From: Rikenellaceae bacterium | Lineage (GTDB): Bacteria; Bacteroidota; Bacteroidia; Bacteroidales; Rikenellaceae | Direction of reading: 5' to 3' | Assembly: GCA_031550615.1 (NCBI GenBank) | Contig: JAVBOL010000009.1 | Span: forward strand, 10,026-74,025 | Length of the DNA: 64,000 nt | Shown here: positions 1 to 8,189 of the stretch, piece after piece | Layout: each line of letters begins with the position of its first letter | How positions within the stretch are numbered: the stretch's first letter is position 1 | Program-made: the position numbers and the translations under genes | The notes under the pieces: generated by a model | Database searches by the model: none | What the model saw: only the letters and a program-made list of their open reading frames with translations | Told to the model about the DNA's origin: nothing

Positions 1-1
1 G

Positions 2-253
2 GAGGGCGAGTTCACCAAGACCGGCGTGACCGCTTCGGGCGGCCCGGTCAGCGTGAAATTCCTTTCCGGCGCCGCCGCGGTGGAGAGCGTGAAGGCCTGT
101 GGCCTGAACGCTTCGGAGCAGGCTGCGGGCGCGGAGGTGTCGCTCACGCTCACGGACGGAATATGGGGCGGCGCGGTCGCAGGTTCGTCGATCGCCAAAG
201 TACGCTTTACGGTAAAATACGGTGACGGCACTTCCCAGGCCGTGATCCGATAA
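2..253 (+). CDS. 3' end of a CDS entering from upstream of the window (phage-module protein, function unknown)
   Basis: Frame is open from nt 2 (EGEFTKTGVTASGG...) to TAA at 251-253. The track start at 26 is only the first in-window start codon. Lies directly upstream of the portal/lysis genes. Confidence 0.5.
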   Translation, partial: EGEFTKTGVTASGGPVSVKFLSGAAAVESVKACGLNASEQAAGAEVSLTLTDGIWGGAVAGSSIAKVRFTVKYGDGTSQAVIR

Positions 254-342
254 ACACCAGGCGCACAATGGCACAGACAGTCAACCACCGATGCGGCGCC
301 GGGAGGTGCGGCGGAGTGAGGTCGGTCAGCCTCGCCAGGGCT

Positions 343-780
343 ATGGATATTCAAAATGTGGAATTCGACCCCTCGACGCACTCATGGAGCGCGATAACGC
401 TCCGTCCCGGCTGCCTTTTTCTGACCGTTCCGTGCGGTGAGCAGCTCTCGCGCTTTGAGGAAAAAGCCGTGCGTGAGCCGGGGGGAACGCTCGTGAGCCA
501 CTCCCTTGTGCTTTTCCTTTCGGGGATGGACGCCGCCGGAGCACGCTGCGCAGACGATCTGGCACAGTGCCCGGGGGGAGTGGTGGCGATAGTCGAAACC
601 TTGGCGGGCGAGCGTCTGCTTGCAGGATACTCGCGGCGAATGGGGACAGAATGTGCGCTCAGGCTCACAGAAGCACTGAGCGATACGGGCACCTTACGCC
701 CCGACACACCCCGCCGCAGGATCATCCTGCAGGCATTCGACGGCGACCACGCGCTGCCCTTTACCGGAAGTTTGCTTTAA
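343..780 (+). CDS. Hypothetical protein (phage-module associated)
   Basis: ATG at 343 (MDIQNVEFDP...) inside track ORF 268..780. No motif I recognise. Followed by a hairpin plus T-run. Confidence 0.5.
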   Translation: MDIQNVEFDPSTHSWSAITLRPGCLFLTVPCGEQLSRFEEKAVREPGGTLVSHSLVLFLSGMDAAGARCADDLAQCPGGVVAIVETLAGERLLAGYSRRMGTECALRLTEALSDTGTLRPDTPRRRIILQAFDGDHALPFTGSLL

Positions 781-788
781 CCGACCCC

Positions 789-824
789 GGGGGCGTCCCT
801 TTGAGCGGGGCGCCCCCTTTCTTT
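789..824 (+). terminator. Rho-independent terminator-like hairpin
   Basis: GGGGGCGTCCC / GGGGCGCCCCC stem (one mismatch), 7-nt loop, then TTTCTTT. Confidence 0.5.
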
Positions 825-836
825 AATTTATCCTTT

Positions 837-2045
837 ATGAAAAAAATAACTCAACGGGTGTTCGTCGCACGCAACACGGCGCAACCCCTTATCTCCGCCG
901 CCAGCCCTGCGGGTGCGGCAAAAGAGTTCTGGCGGTGGGGCGACGACAACCTTTTCCCCGCCGCGCTGTCGGCCATCTCGCGCACCTCGGTCACGCACCG
1001 CCGCATACTGAACGATAAGGCCGATTATATCTCGGGTAATGGCTTTTCGGCGGACAGCGCCATACCTGCGCTCACCGATTTCGCCGCCGTGGCCAACGGC
1101 GATGGCGAGAGCCTGCGCAGGGTGATCTCGAAGCTCTCGCACGACAAGATGCTTTTCGGCAACGCGTTCCTGGAGGTGGTCACCGATCCTTCTGGGTCGT
1201 TCCTCTCGCTCTACCACCAGGACGCCACGCGGTGCCGCCTCTCCCGCGAGGGTTCGCACGTGATCCTGCACCACGACTGGAGCCGTTACCGTCCCGATCA
1301 GGCCGCGCGGCTGCCGCTCTACCCCGCTTTCGAGGCTTCCGGCGACGGGTGTCTGCGTTCTGTGATCCACTACAAGGACTACGAGCCGGCATTCAGCCAT
1401 TACGGCGTGCCGGCATATATCGCGGGGCTTAACGTGACCTCGATAGCCTATAAGACCGACAATTGGAACATCTCGCGCCTGGACAACGCGTTCCAGCCCT
1501 CGGGAGTGATGATGCTCGACGCGTCGCTCGATAACGAAGCCGAGGCTGCCGAACTGGTGCGCACGGCGCAGAATAAATTCGCCGGTAAACCCGGGCAGGT
1601 GATGTTCGTGGTGCGAGAGGGCGAGGAGCAGGACAATTCGCGCTTCATCCCCATCAGCTCATCGAGCGATGGCGATTGGCGTGGGCTGCACGAGCAGTCG
1701 ATGACCGATATCGTGGTCGCCCATTCGTGGTTCCGGTCGCTCAGCGGGCTCGACTATTCGGGCGGGTTCAGCTCGGAGCGCATACTGCACGAATACGAAA
1801 TAGCCCTCAATACGATAATCCTGCACGAACAGGCCGAACTTATGGAGCCTATCCGCGCCGTGATCGCCCGGGTGCTGGCCGTCGACCCCTCGTCGTTGCA
1901 GGTTGTCAACACGCCCCCCGCGCGCACGCGTCCCGACCACATGAGGGTGTGGGAGGCGCGCAAGGCCGACGGCATGGAATTCGACCCCTCGGACCCCGCA
2001 CAACAACTCTTCCTTTCACAGATCAAACAAGCACAAAGCGCATGA
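837..2045 (+). CDS. Phage portal protein-like
   Basis: ATG at 837 (MKKITQRVF...) inside track ORF 567..2045. About 400 aa with portal-like features (FLEVV..., HYGVPAYIAG, acidic C-terminus). Genomic context is connector and lysis genes. Confidence 0.65.
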   Translation: MKKITQRVFVARNTAQPLISAASPAGAAKEFWRWGDDNLFPAALSAISRTSVTHRRILNDKADYISGNGFSADSAIPALTDFAAVANGDGESLRRVISKLSHDKMLFGNAFLEVVTDPSGSFLSLYHQDATRCRLSREGSHVILHHDWSRYRPDQAARLPLYPAFEASGDGCLRSVIHYKDYEPAFSHYGVPAYIAGLNVTSIAYKTDNWNISRLDNAFQPSGVMMLDASLDNEAEAAELVRTAQNKFAGKPGQVMFVVREGEEQDNSRFIPISSSSDGDWRGLHEQSMTDIVVAHSWFRSLSGLDYSGGFSSERILHEYEIALNTIILHEQAELMEPIRAVIARVLAVDPSSLQVVNTPPARTRPDHMRVWEARKADGMEFDPSDPAQQLFLSQIKQAQSA

Positions 2046-2494
2046 AAACACTCATAACTCCCGGCGAGGTATCCTCGCTTGCCTTCTCACAGGCGGACGG
2101 CATCTCGGGGGCGGACATTAACGAGGCTTCGATAGCTTCCGCCGAGCGTAAGTTTATACGTCCCGCGCTCGGGGAGCTCTATGACGAGCTGCTTGCCGGC
2201 GGGCACGCCCAGTTGGCCGACCTTTATATAAAAGCGCCGTTGGCGCTATACGTCAAGTGGTTGTTGCTGCCTTCGCTTGCGCTGCGCGTGGGGCCGATGG
2301 GCGTGGCGCGGCACACCACCGACAACCTCACCCCCGCCGGAGCGCGTGACATATCGCTCGCCCGCCGGCGCGTAAAGGCCGACGCGAGGGCGCTGATGCA
2401 GGTCGCCGTGGAGCATATAGCGGCCAATCCGGGGCTTTACCCCTCATTCTCACCGCAAGTCGGACTGAAACCCGACATGGGCATAGTTTTATAA
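2042..2494 (+). CDS. Hypothetical phage protein, head-tail connector-like
   Basis: ATG at 2042 overlaps the portal stop (ATGA). The N-terminus (ITPGEVSSLAF...ASIASAERKFIRPALGELY) resembles gp6-like connector proteins; this is inference. Confidence 0.45.
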   Translation: MKTLITPGEVSSLAFSQADGISGADINEASIASAERKFIRPALGELYDELLAGGHAQLADLYIKAPLALYVKWLLLPSLALRVGPMGVARHTTDNLTPAGARDISLARRRVKADARALMQVAVEHIAANPGLYPSFSPQVGLKPDMGIVL

Positions 2495-2497
2495 GGT

Positions 2498-2944
2498 ATG
2501 GAGAATCTCATAAAATACCTGGCCGGCGGGGCGGCGTCGCTGCTTGCCCTGCTGGCCCCGGTCAAGGGGCTGGTAATATGTGCGGTGATCTTCGTGGCGG
2601 TGGATTTCGTTACCGGGGTCGCCGCGGGCCGCAAGAGGGCCCTGAGGGCCGGAGAGCCGTGGGGTTTCGAGAGCCGCCGCGCCTGGGCGACGGTCGTAAA
2701 ACTGGCGTTCGTAATGGGGGGCATCGTGCTTTCGTGGATCATCGACGCCTGTATACTGGGGTTCCTGGAACTTAACCTGGCGCGGCTCTTTACGGGTTTC
2801 GTGTGCGGGGTCGAGTTCTGGTCGTACCTCGAAAATGCCGCGGAGATCTCCGGGCACCCGGTTTTCAGGTGGCTCAAGAAGTTCATGGCGCAGCGGATAA
2901 CAGCTAAAACAGGCAGCGATGAGCCGTGGATTGAGGAACAATAA
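2498..2944 (+). CDS. Phage holin-like membrane protein
   Basis: 148 aa with several hydrophobic helices (LLALLAPVKGLVICAVIFVAVDFVTGV, LAFVMGGIVLSWIIDACILGF). Sits immediately upstream of, and overlaps, the lysin gene. Confidence 0.6.
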   Translation: MENLIKYLAGGAASLLALLAPVKGLVICAVIFVAVDFVTGVAAGRKRALRAGEPWGFESRRAWATVVKLAFVMGGIVLSWIIDACILGFLELNLARLFTGFVCGVEFWSYLENAAEISGHPVFRWLKKFMAQRITAKTGSDEPWIEEQ

Positions 2945-3320
2945 TCCGGGCAACATACGCCTCGGGGCGGACCTGTGGCGTGGTGAGGTGAGCCCTTCGG
3001 GGGATCCTTCGTTCCGCCGGTTCGCCTCCATGGCGTGGGGGTACCGCGCCGTTTTCACCGTTTTGGATACCTACCGCCGCCGTTACGGGCTTACTTCCCT
3101 GCGGGGGATGATCGACCGTTGGGCTCCCCCTTCGGAGAATAATACGGAAGCATATATCGCCATAGTCGAGCACATGGCGGGGGCTACACAGGCCGATTTC
3201 GCCGATCCGGAGCTCATGCAGAGGGTAGTGGCGGCGATAAGCTACGTCGAGAACGGGCGCGAAGCCGTGCCGGAAGAGGTGGCCGCCGGGTGGGAACTTT
3301 TTATAAAGTACCGCAAATGA
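2919..3320 (+). CDS. Putative peptidoglycan hydrolase (phage 'structural protein P5'-like, NNPGNIR motif)
   Basis: N-terminal MSRGLRNNNPGNIR motif is typical of this small phage lysin-like family. Position is between the holin and the spanin-like gene. Confidence 0.55.
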   Translation: MSRGLRNNNPGNIRLGADLWRGEVSPSGDPSFRRFASMAWGYRAVFTVLDTYRRRYGLTSLRGMIDRWAPPSENNTEAYIAIVEHMAGATQADFADPELMQRVVAAISYVENGREAVPEEVAAGWELFIKYRK

Positions 3321-3862
3321 GGCGGTGGGCGTTGATAGTTTTGCTTGCGGCTGCCCTGGCCGCCTCTCTCGGGCGGAGTGCGCGCCTCAGGGGGGAATGC
3401 GAGGTGCAGCGGGCAAATTGCCGGGTGCTGACCCAGCGGATCGTGCATTATACGGTGCGCGATTCGCTGCATGCCGCCTCGCTCGGGGTGCTGACCGTGC
3501 GTGCAGGGCAGTTGGAGCGGCAGTTGGCGTCGCTCACGCGCGATATGGGGGTGAAACTCCGGCGGCTGGAGGCCCTTTCGCAGACCGCCGCCGTGACCAG
3601 AGTGGAGTTTTCCGCCCCGCTGCGCGATACGGTGGTCAGCTTTGACAACGGGCACGTCTCTTTGGAGGGGGTTGTCGGACAGGATCGGTTCTATGGCAGG
3701 TTGATCTCTCGCGATACGCTTACGCAGGTCGTGTGGCGTGTGCCGCGGCGGTTTTTGTTCATACGATACGGCACGCGCGAACTCAGGCAGAGCATCGTCT
3801 GCTCGAATCCGCATACCGAGATAGTCTATGCGCGGAGCATACGCATAGAGAAAAGAAGGTAA
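3317..3862 (+). CDS. Signal-anchored coiled-coil protein, possible spanin / lysis accessory
   Basis: ATG at 3317 (MRRWALIVLLAAALAASLG...) overlaps the lysin stop (ATGA). Hydrophobic N-terminus followed by a charged helical region. Last gene of the module. Confidence 0.4.
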   Translation: MRRWALIVLLAAALAASLGRSARLRGECEVQRANCRVLTQRIVHYTVRDSLHAASLGVLTVRAGQLERQLASLTRDMGVKLRRLEALSQTAAVTRVEFSAPLRDTVVSFDNGHVSLEGVVGQDRFYGRLISRDTLTQVVWRVPRRFLFIRYGTRELRQSIVCSNPHTEIVYARSIRIEKRR

Positions 3863-3898
3863 AAGATCGCCGTACTTTTTAAGATACGGCGATCTTTT
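3861..3898. terminator. Bidirectional hairpin terminator
   Basis: AAAAGATCGCCGTA / TACGGCGATCTTTT perfect 14-bp stem flanked by A- and T-runs, between convergent genes. Confidence 0.75.
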
Positions 3899-3899
3899 T

Positions 3900-5153
3900 T
3901 TATGCCAGCTTTATCTTTTGGCCGATGCTCAGGGTAGATGTCCTGCTAAGGCCGTTTATCTCGCACAATACCTCCACCGTGGTCGAATGGGCGCGGGCTA
4001 TCGAGTAGAGCGAATCGCCTTTTTTCACGGTGTAGACAGCGGGTCGGGCGGCGGGGGCTTTGGCCTGTTGCGCCGTAACCGTGGCGTTTCCACCCAGGCT
4101 CAACACCTGCCCTATGGACAGTCTGGCGTCTTTGGTTATGCCGTTGGCCTCGCACAGCTCGTCGACGGTCATGCCGTAGCGGCGCGCGATCATGTAGAGG
4201 TATTCCCCCCGGGCTATGGTGTGGGTGGCGGGGCGGTCGGTCGTCGAGGCGGTGGCGGGGTACTCCTGCGCGGGACGGGCCGCCGGGGTTTCTGTGCGGG
4301 CGGTGAGCGCCTCGGGGGCTACCACCGTCGACGCCGGGGCGTCGGTTCGCACCGAGAGCGATCCCCCGTTATTGGCGATATAAAGCGTTTCGGTGCGGAT
4401 GCAGCGGTTGTCATAATCCAGCAGCCTGTCGGGGTTGAAGGTAAGTCCGCCGGCGCGCACCTCGAAGTGCAGGTGCTCGGTGGTGGCGCGTCCGGTGCGT
4501 CCGGCGAGAGCGATGGCCTGTCCGGCCCTTACCCGGTCGTTGACCGACACAAGGTTGCGCGAATTGTGGGCATAGACCGTTTCCAGGCCGCATTCGTGCC
4601 TTACGACGACCAGGTTGCCGTAGCCCGAATAGGGTTTGCTCATGCGCACCACTCCGGCCATGCAGGCGCGGATCGTGTCGCCCAGTGCGGCCTTTATGTC
4701 CACCCCGGTGTGCATGCGCCCGGAGCGCATGCCGTATTTCGAGATCATTTTGCCCTGGAGGGGGTATACGAACCCGGCGGCCAGAGAAGAGAGCGGCACG
4801 GCCAGCGTCTGGCCGGGGCGGGGAGCGTTATTGGTGGCCGAGCATTTGACGTGCTGCGTTTCCATGCCGGTGAAAAATTCGCACACCGGCGTGGGCGGGG
4901 TCAGGGCTACGGTAGCGGTGATCGGCTCGGGGCCGGGACATTCGGCGATTGGCACGGCCACCGGCACGGCGGCGGAAGATACCGTGCCGCCTTCAGGCAG
5001 CAGGTAGAGCGGGTCGTTGCGTTTGGCGGGAGCGTCGGGGGGCGATTGGAGTTGCCATATCGCCGCGCTCTGGCGTGTGGCCTGTGCGTTGCGCTGCGTG
5101 GAGCATCCGGCAAGGATAATGGCGAGGCCGGCAAGGGTCAGCAGTTGCTTCAT
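3900..5153 (-). CDS. M23 family metallopeptidase lipoprotein with two C-terminal LysM domains
   Basis: Lipobox LAGC. M23 motifs HTGVDI and HLHFEV. Two LysM-like repeats (YTVKKGDSLYSIA, HTIARGEYLYMIA). Confidence 0.85.
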   Translation of the reverse strand: MKQLLTLAGLAIILAGCSTQRNAQATRQSAAIWQLQSPPDAPAKRNDPLYLLPEGGTVSSAAVPVAVPIAECPGPEPITATVALTPPTPVCEFFTGMETQHVKCSATNNAPRPGQTLAVPLSSLAAGFVYPLQGKMISKYGMRSGRMHTGVDIKAALGDTIRACMAGVVRMSKPYSGYGNLVVVRHECGLETVYAHNSRNLVSVNDRVRAGQAIALAGRTGRATTEHLHFEVRAGGLTFNPDRLLDYDNRCIRTETLYIANNGGSLSVRTDAPASTVVAPEALTARTETPAARPAQEYPATASTTDRPATHTIARGEYLYMIARRYGMTVDELCEANGITKDARLSIGQVLSLGGNATVTAQQAKAPAARPAVYTVKKGDSLYSIARAHSTTVEVLCEINGLSRTSTLSIGQKIKLA

Positions 5154-5246
5154 CCGGTGATTTTTGTTGCAAATTTAAAATTTTCACGGCAATAATCAAC
5201 CCTCCGGGCGTCAAAAACAGGCGGTAGGCTTTTTACGATTATTTGC

Positions 5247-5254
5247 TATCTTTG
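5247..5254 (+). promoter_or_regulatory. Bacteroidetes -7 promoter box (TATCTTTG) for trxB
   Basis: Matches TAnnTTTG, about 25 nt upstream of the ATG at 5279. The track's TTG start at 5243 lies upstream of the box. Confidence 0.5.
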
Positions 5255-5278
5255 CATAAAATAACACAGGACTTCCTA

Positions 5279-6247
5279 ATGAACCAACCCTCAGAAAAAG
5301 TGCGCTGCCTGATCGTCGGCAGCGGTCCCGCAGGTTTCACGGCGGCGATATATACAGGCCGCGCCAACCTCTCTCCCGTGCTCTACGAAGGCATGGCTCC
5401 CGGCGGCCAGCTCACCCCGACCCCCGAAATAGAGAATTTTCCGGGTTACCCCGAGGGCATCGGCGGCACCGAGATGATGGAAGATTTCAAACGCCAGGCC
5501 GCGCGCTTCGGTGCGGACATACGCTCGGGCGCTGTCACGGCGGTCGACCTTTCGCGCCGCCCGTTCCGTGTGACGGTCAACGGCAGCAAGATTATCGAAG
5601 CCGAAACGCTGATCGTCTCGACCGGCGCGACGGCGAAATACCTCGGGCTGCCCTCCGAGCAGAAATACCGTGGCATGGGAGTTTCGGCATGCGCCACGTG
5701 CGACGGCTTCTTCTACCGCAAAAAGGACGTCGCGGTGGTGGGCGGCGGCGACACGGCGTGCGAAGAGGCAACCTACCTCGCCTCGATATGCAACAAGGTC
5801 TACCTGATCGTGCGCCGAGACGTGCTGCGCGCCTCGAAGGCCATGCAGCACCGCGTGCTGGGCACCCCAAATATCGAAGTGCTGTGGGAACACTCCACCG
5901 AGGAGGTGCTGGGCGACGAGGGCGGCGTGACGGGCGTAAGGCTCATGAGCAAGTCGGGCGTGCAGCGCCAGATCGACATCCACGGTTTCTTCCTGGCCAT
6001 CGGCCACCATCCCAATACCGAAATTTTCGCCGGGCAACTCGACCTGGACGAAACGGGATATATAAAGACCGTCCCGGGGCGCTCTTTCACCTCCGTGGAG
6101 GGTGTTTTCGCGGCGGGCGACGTGCAGGACCCCGATTACCGCCAGGCGATCACCGCCGCAGGGTCCGGATGCCGCGCGGCGATAGACTGCGAACGTTTCC
6201 TTATGGAGCACGGCGAGGATCCCGCACCACAGCCGTTGGATATTTAA
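5279..6247 (+). CDS. trxB: Thioredoxin-disulfide reductase
   Basis: GSGPAGFTAA FAD motif, CATC redox centre, GGGDTACEEA NADPH motif, C-terminal FAAGDV. Confidence 0.92.
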   Translation: MNQPSEKVRCLIVGSGPAGFTAAIYTGRANLSPVLYEGMAPGGQLTPTPEIENFPGYPEGIGGTEMMEDFKRQAARFGADIRSGAVTAVDLSRRPFRVTVNGSKIIEAETLIVSTGATAKYLGLPSEQKYRGMGVSACATCDGFFYRKKDVAVVGGGDTACEEATYLASICNKVYLIVRRDVLRASKAMQHRVLGTPNIEVLWEHSTEEVLGDEGGVTGVRLMSKSGVQRQIDIHGFFLAIGHHPNTEIFAGQLDLDETGYIKTVPGRSFTSVEGVFAAGDVQDPDYRQAITAAGSGCRAAIDCERFLMEHGEDPAPQPLDI

Positions 6248-6257
6248 CCCGAGCCCC

Positions 6258-7226
6258 TTGCCCGCTATCGACGACATATTGTCTATCGGCACAGCGGACG
6301 GTTTCGCACGCGCCGCGCTGGAGCTTTTCCGCTTCCAGGCGGTGCATTGTGCGCCATATTACCGCTATCTCGGCCTGGTAGGCTGCGATCCCGCGCAGGT
6401 CGACACCCCGGAGGCGATCCCGCACATGCCGATAGGGTTTTTCAAGACCCACGACGTATATTGCGGCACACAGCCCCCCGAGGCTACCTTCACGAGCAGC
6501 ACCACGGGCGGGACGACCCCGGCGCGCCACCATATGCAAAGCCTGGGGGATTACGAGCGCGTCTTCACCGCAATCTTCGAGAGATTCTATGGCTCTGCGT
6601 CCGGATGGTCCATTTTCGCGCTGCTGCCCGGGTACCTCGACCGGGAAGGCTCGTCGCTGGTCTATATGGCCGACCGCCTTATCGCCGCCTCGGCCCACGG
6701 AGGATTCTTCCTGCGCGACCATGACCTGTTGCTTGAGGAAATGTCGCGTTGCCCCGGCAAAAAGATACTTTTGGGCGTCAGCTACGCCCTGTGGGAGCTG
6801 GCCGACGAAAATCGCGGGCCGCTGCCAGAAGGCACCATAGTCATGGAGACGGGCGGCATGAAAGGCAACCGCGAGGAGTTGCCCAAAGCGCAGTTCCACG
6901 AAATTCTAAAAAAGGCATTCGGCGTGGAGGCGATCCATTCGGAATACGGCATGGCCGAGCTCTCCTCACAGGCGTACTCCACAGGCGGGGGAATATTCCA
7001 CTCCCCCACATGGATGCGCGTCACGGTGCGCGATCTGAACGACCCCTTCGCCCTGCTGCCCGCGGGTGCGACGGGCGCGGTCAACGTAACCGACCTGGCC
7101 AACCTCTCCTCGTGCGCGTTTATCCAGACCGACGACCTGGGGCGGCTGGGCGCGGACGGCAGTTTTGAAATAATGGGGCGTATCTCGCGCAGCGACGTAC
7201 GCGGATGTAACCTGTTGGTACAATGA
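6258..7226 (+). CDS. LuxE/PaaK-like acyl-protein synthetase family protein
   Basis: 322 aa. Family resemblance to Bacteroidetes LuxE-type acyl-adenylating enzymes (from memory). TTG start 8 nt after the trxB stop. Confidence 0.6.
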   Translation: MPAIDDILSIGTADGFARAALELFRFQAVHCAPYYRYLGLVGCDPAQVDTPEAIPHMPIGFFKTHDVYCGTQPPEATFTSSTTGGTTPARHHMQSLGDYERVFTAIFERFYGSASGWSIFALLPGYLDREGSSLVYMADRLIAASAHGGFFLRDHDLLLEEMSRCPGKKILLGVSYALWELADENRGPLPEGTIVMETGGMKGNREELPKAQFHEILKKAFGVEAIHSEYGMAELSSQAYSTGGGIFHSPTWMRVTVRDLNDPFALLPAGATGAVNVTDLANLSSCAFIQTDDLGRLGADGSFEIMGRISRSDVRGCNLLVQ

Positions 7227-8161
7227 GCACATATCCAAGCATATCGGTGGTTATCCCACTGTATAACAAGGCGGGCCGCATAGGTCGCGCCCTGAAGTCG
7301 GTCTTCGCGCAGAGCCTTCTTCCTTTGGAGGTTATCGTCGTTGACGACGGCTCGACGGACGGCGGTGCCGCAGAGGTGGAGGCTATGGCCTCGTCCCTGG
7401 TGCGCGTGGTCAGGCAGCCTAACGCCGGGGTGTCGGCGGCCCGCAACCTCGGGGCGCAGCTGGCGCAAGGCGAATTCATAGCCCTGCTGGACGCCGACGA
7501 CTGGTGGGACGAGGGATTTTTACGCCACATAGCGGCGATGATAGTGCGCCATCCCGGGTGCGGAATATACTGCACCGGCTACCGCATACACCGCCCCGAA
7601 GGAGAGATCATAAACGAACATTTCATCAAGCGGGACGGGATCGTCGAAAATTATTTCCGTGCTTCGCAGGGTACGACCCTCTGCTGGACCTCGGCGTGCG
7701 TCATCCCGCGCGAGGTTCTGCTCGGCTCGGGAGGTTTCCCCGTCGGGATGCGACGCGGACAGGATCTCTACACATGGACGCAGATCGCGATCCGCCACCG
7801 CGTCTGTTACTCGCCATTGAGGCTGTCTAATTACGACCTGACCATAGCCGACAACTCGCGCACGCGCTTCCGCCCAGACCAGAGCGGACGCTCGATGCTC
7901 GATTTCTTCGCCCCCGGACAGGACGACCTGAATGAATATATCGCCCGCGTGCAGATAGGCATCGGTCTGCTGCAATCAGAGTGTGGCTACACGGACCTCG
8001 CCCGGCAGACCGAACGCGACACGGCCTATAACCGCCGTTACCGCCGCGGCTGGTACAAACTCTACATACTTAACCGTCTGCCCGTCAGAATGCGCCGTCC
8101 GGTCATGGACGCCTGGCGCCGCCTGGCGTGGATCGTCGCCCGCAAGGGGATCGCGGAGTGA
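7223..8161 (+). CDS. Glycosyltransferase family 2
   Basis: ISVVIPLYNK...VIVVDDGSTDG...DADD motifs. Start overlaps the upstream stop. Confidence 0.85.
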   Translation: MSTYPSISVVIPLYNKAGRIGRALKSVFAQSLLPLEVIVVDDGSTDGGAAEVEAMASSLVRVVRQPNAGVSAARNLGAQLAQGEFIALLDADDWWDEGFLRHIAAMIVRHPGCGIYCTGYRIHRPEGEIINEHFIKRDGIVENYFRASQGTTLCWTSACVIPREVLLGSGGFPVGMRRGQDLYTWTQIAIRHRVCYSPLRLSNYDLTIADNSRTRFRPDQSGRSMLDFFAPGQDDLNEYIARVQIGIGLLQSECGYTDLARQTERDTAYNRRYRRGWYKLYILNRLPVRMRRPVMDAWRRLAWIVARKGIAE

Positions 8162-8189
8162 TTGCGACTTTTTGAAAAAAGTCGCAATC
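8160..8189. terminator. Bidirectional hairpin between convergent genes
   Basis: GATTGCGAC(T5)/(A6)GTCGCAATC palindrome that overlaps both stop codons. Confidence 0.6.

Noticed and set aside
3900-5153. Considered the M23/LysM peptidase as part of the phage module (tail lysin or endolysin).
   Set aside because: It is on the opposite strand and separated from the module by a strong bidirectional terminator. It also has the lipoprotein plus double-LysM architecture typical of host NlpD-like proteins. This cannot be excluded without the upstream sequence.
3918-5195. 425-aa ORF on the plus strand.
   Set aside because: It is antisense to the M23/LysM lipoprotein gene, which has a lipobox plus HTGVDI and HLHFEV motifs. 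The product is Gly/Arg-rich low-complexity sequence.
5243-5278. N-terminal extensions in the ORF track that begin at TTG or GTG codons. Examples are 5243, 12745, 17194, 20224, 20314, 28825, 34473, 50461, 58175 and 60472.
   Set aside because: Several of these TTG codons are the TTG of a TAnnTTTG promoter box or lie upstream of one. A downstream ATG gives a canonical N-terminus (signal peptide or conserved motif) in each case.
5291-6292. 333-aa minus-strand ORF. Similar antisense ORFs occur at 21169-22098, 23120-24148, 41791-43155 and 59054-60118.
   Set aside because: All are antisense to confidently identified genes (trxB, moxR, the Bat-operon membrane protein, PBP1A, nadE). They are GC-driven open frames.
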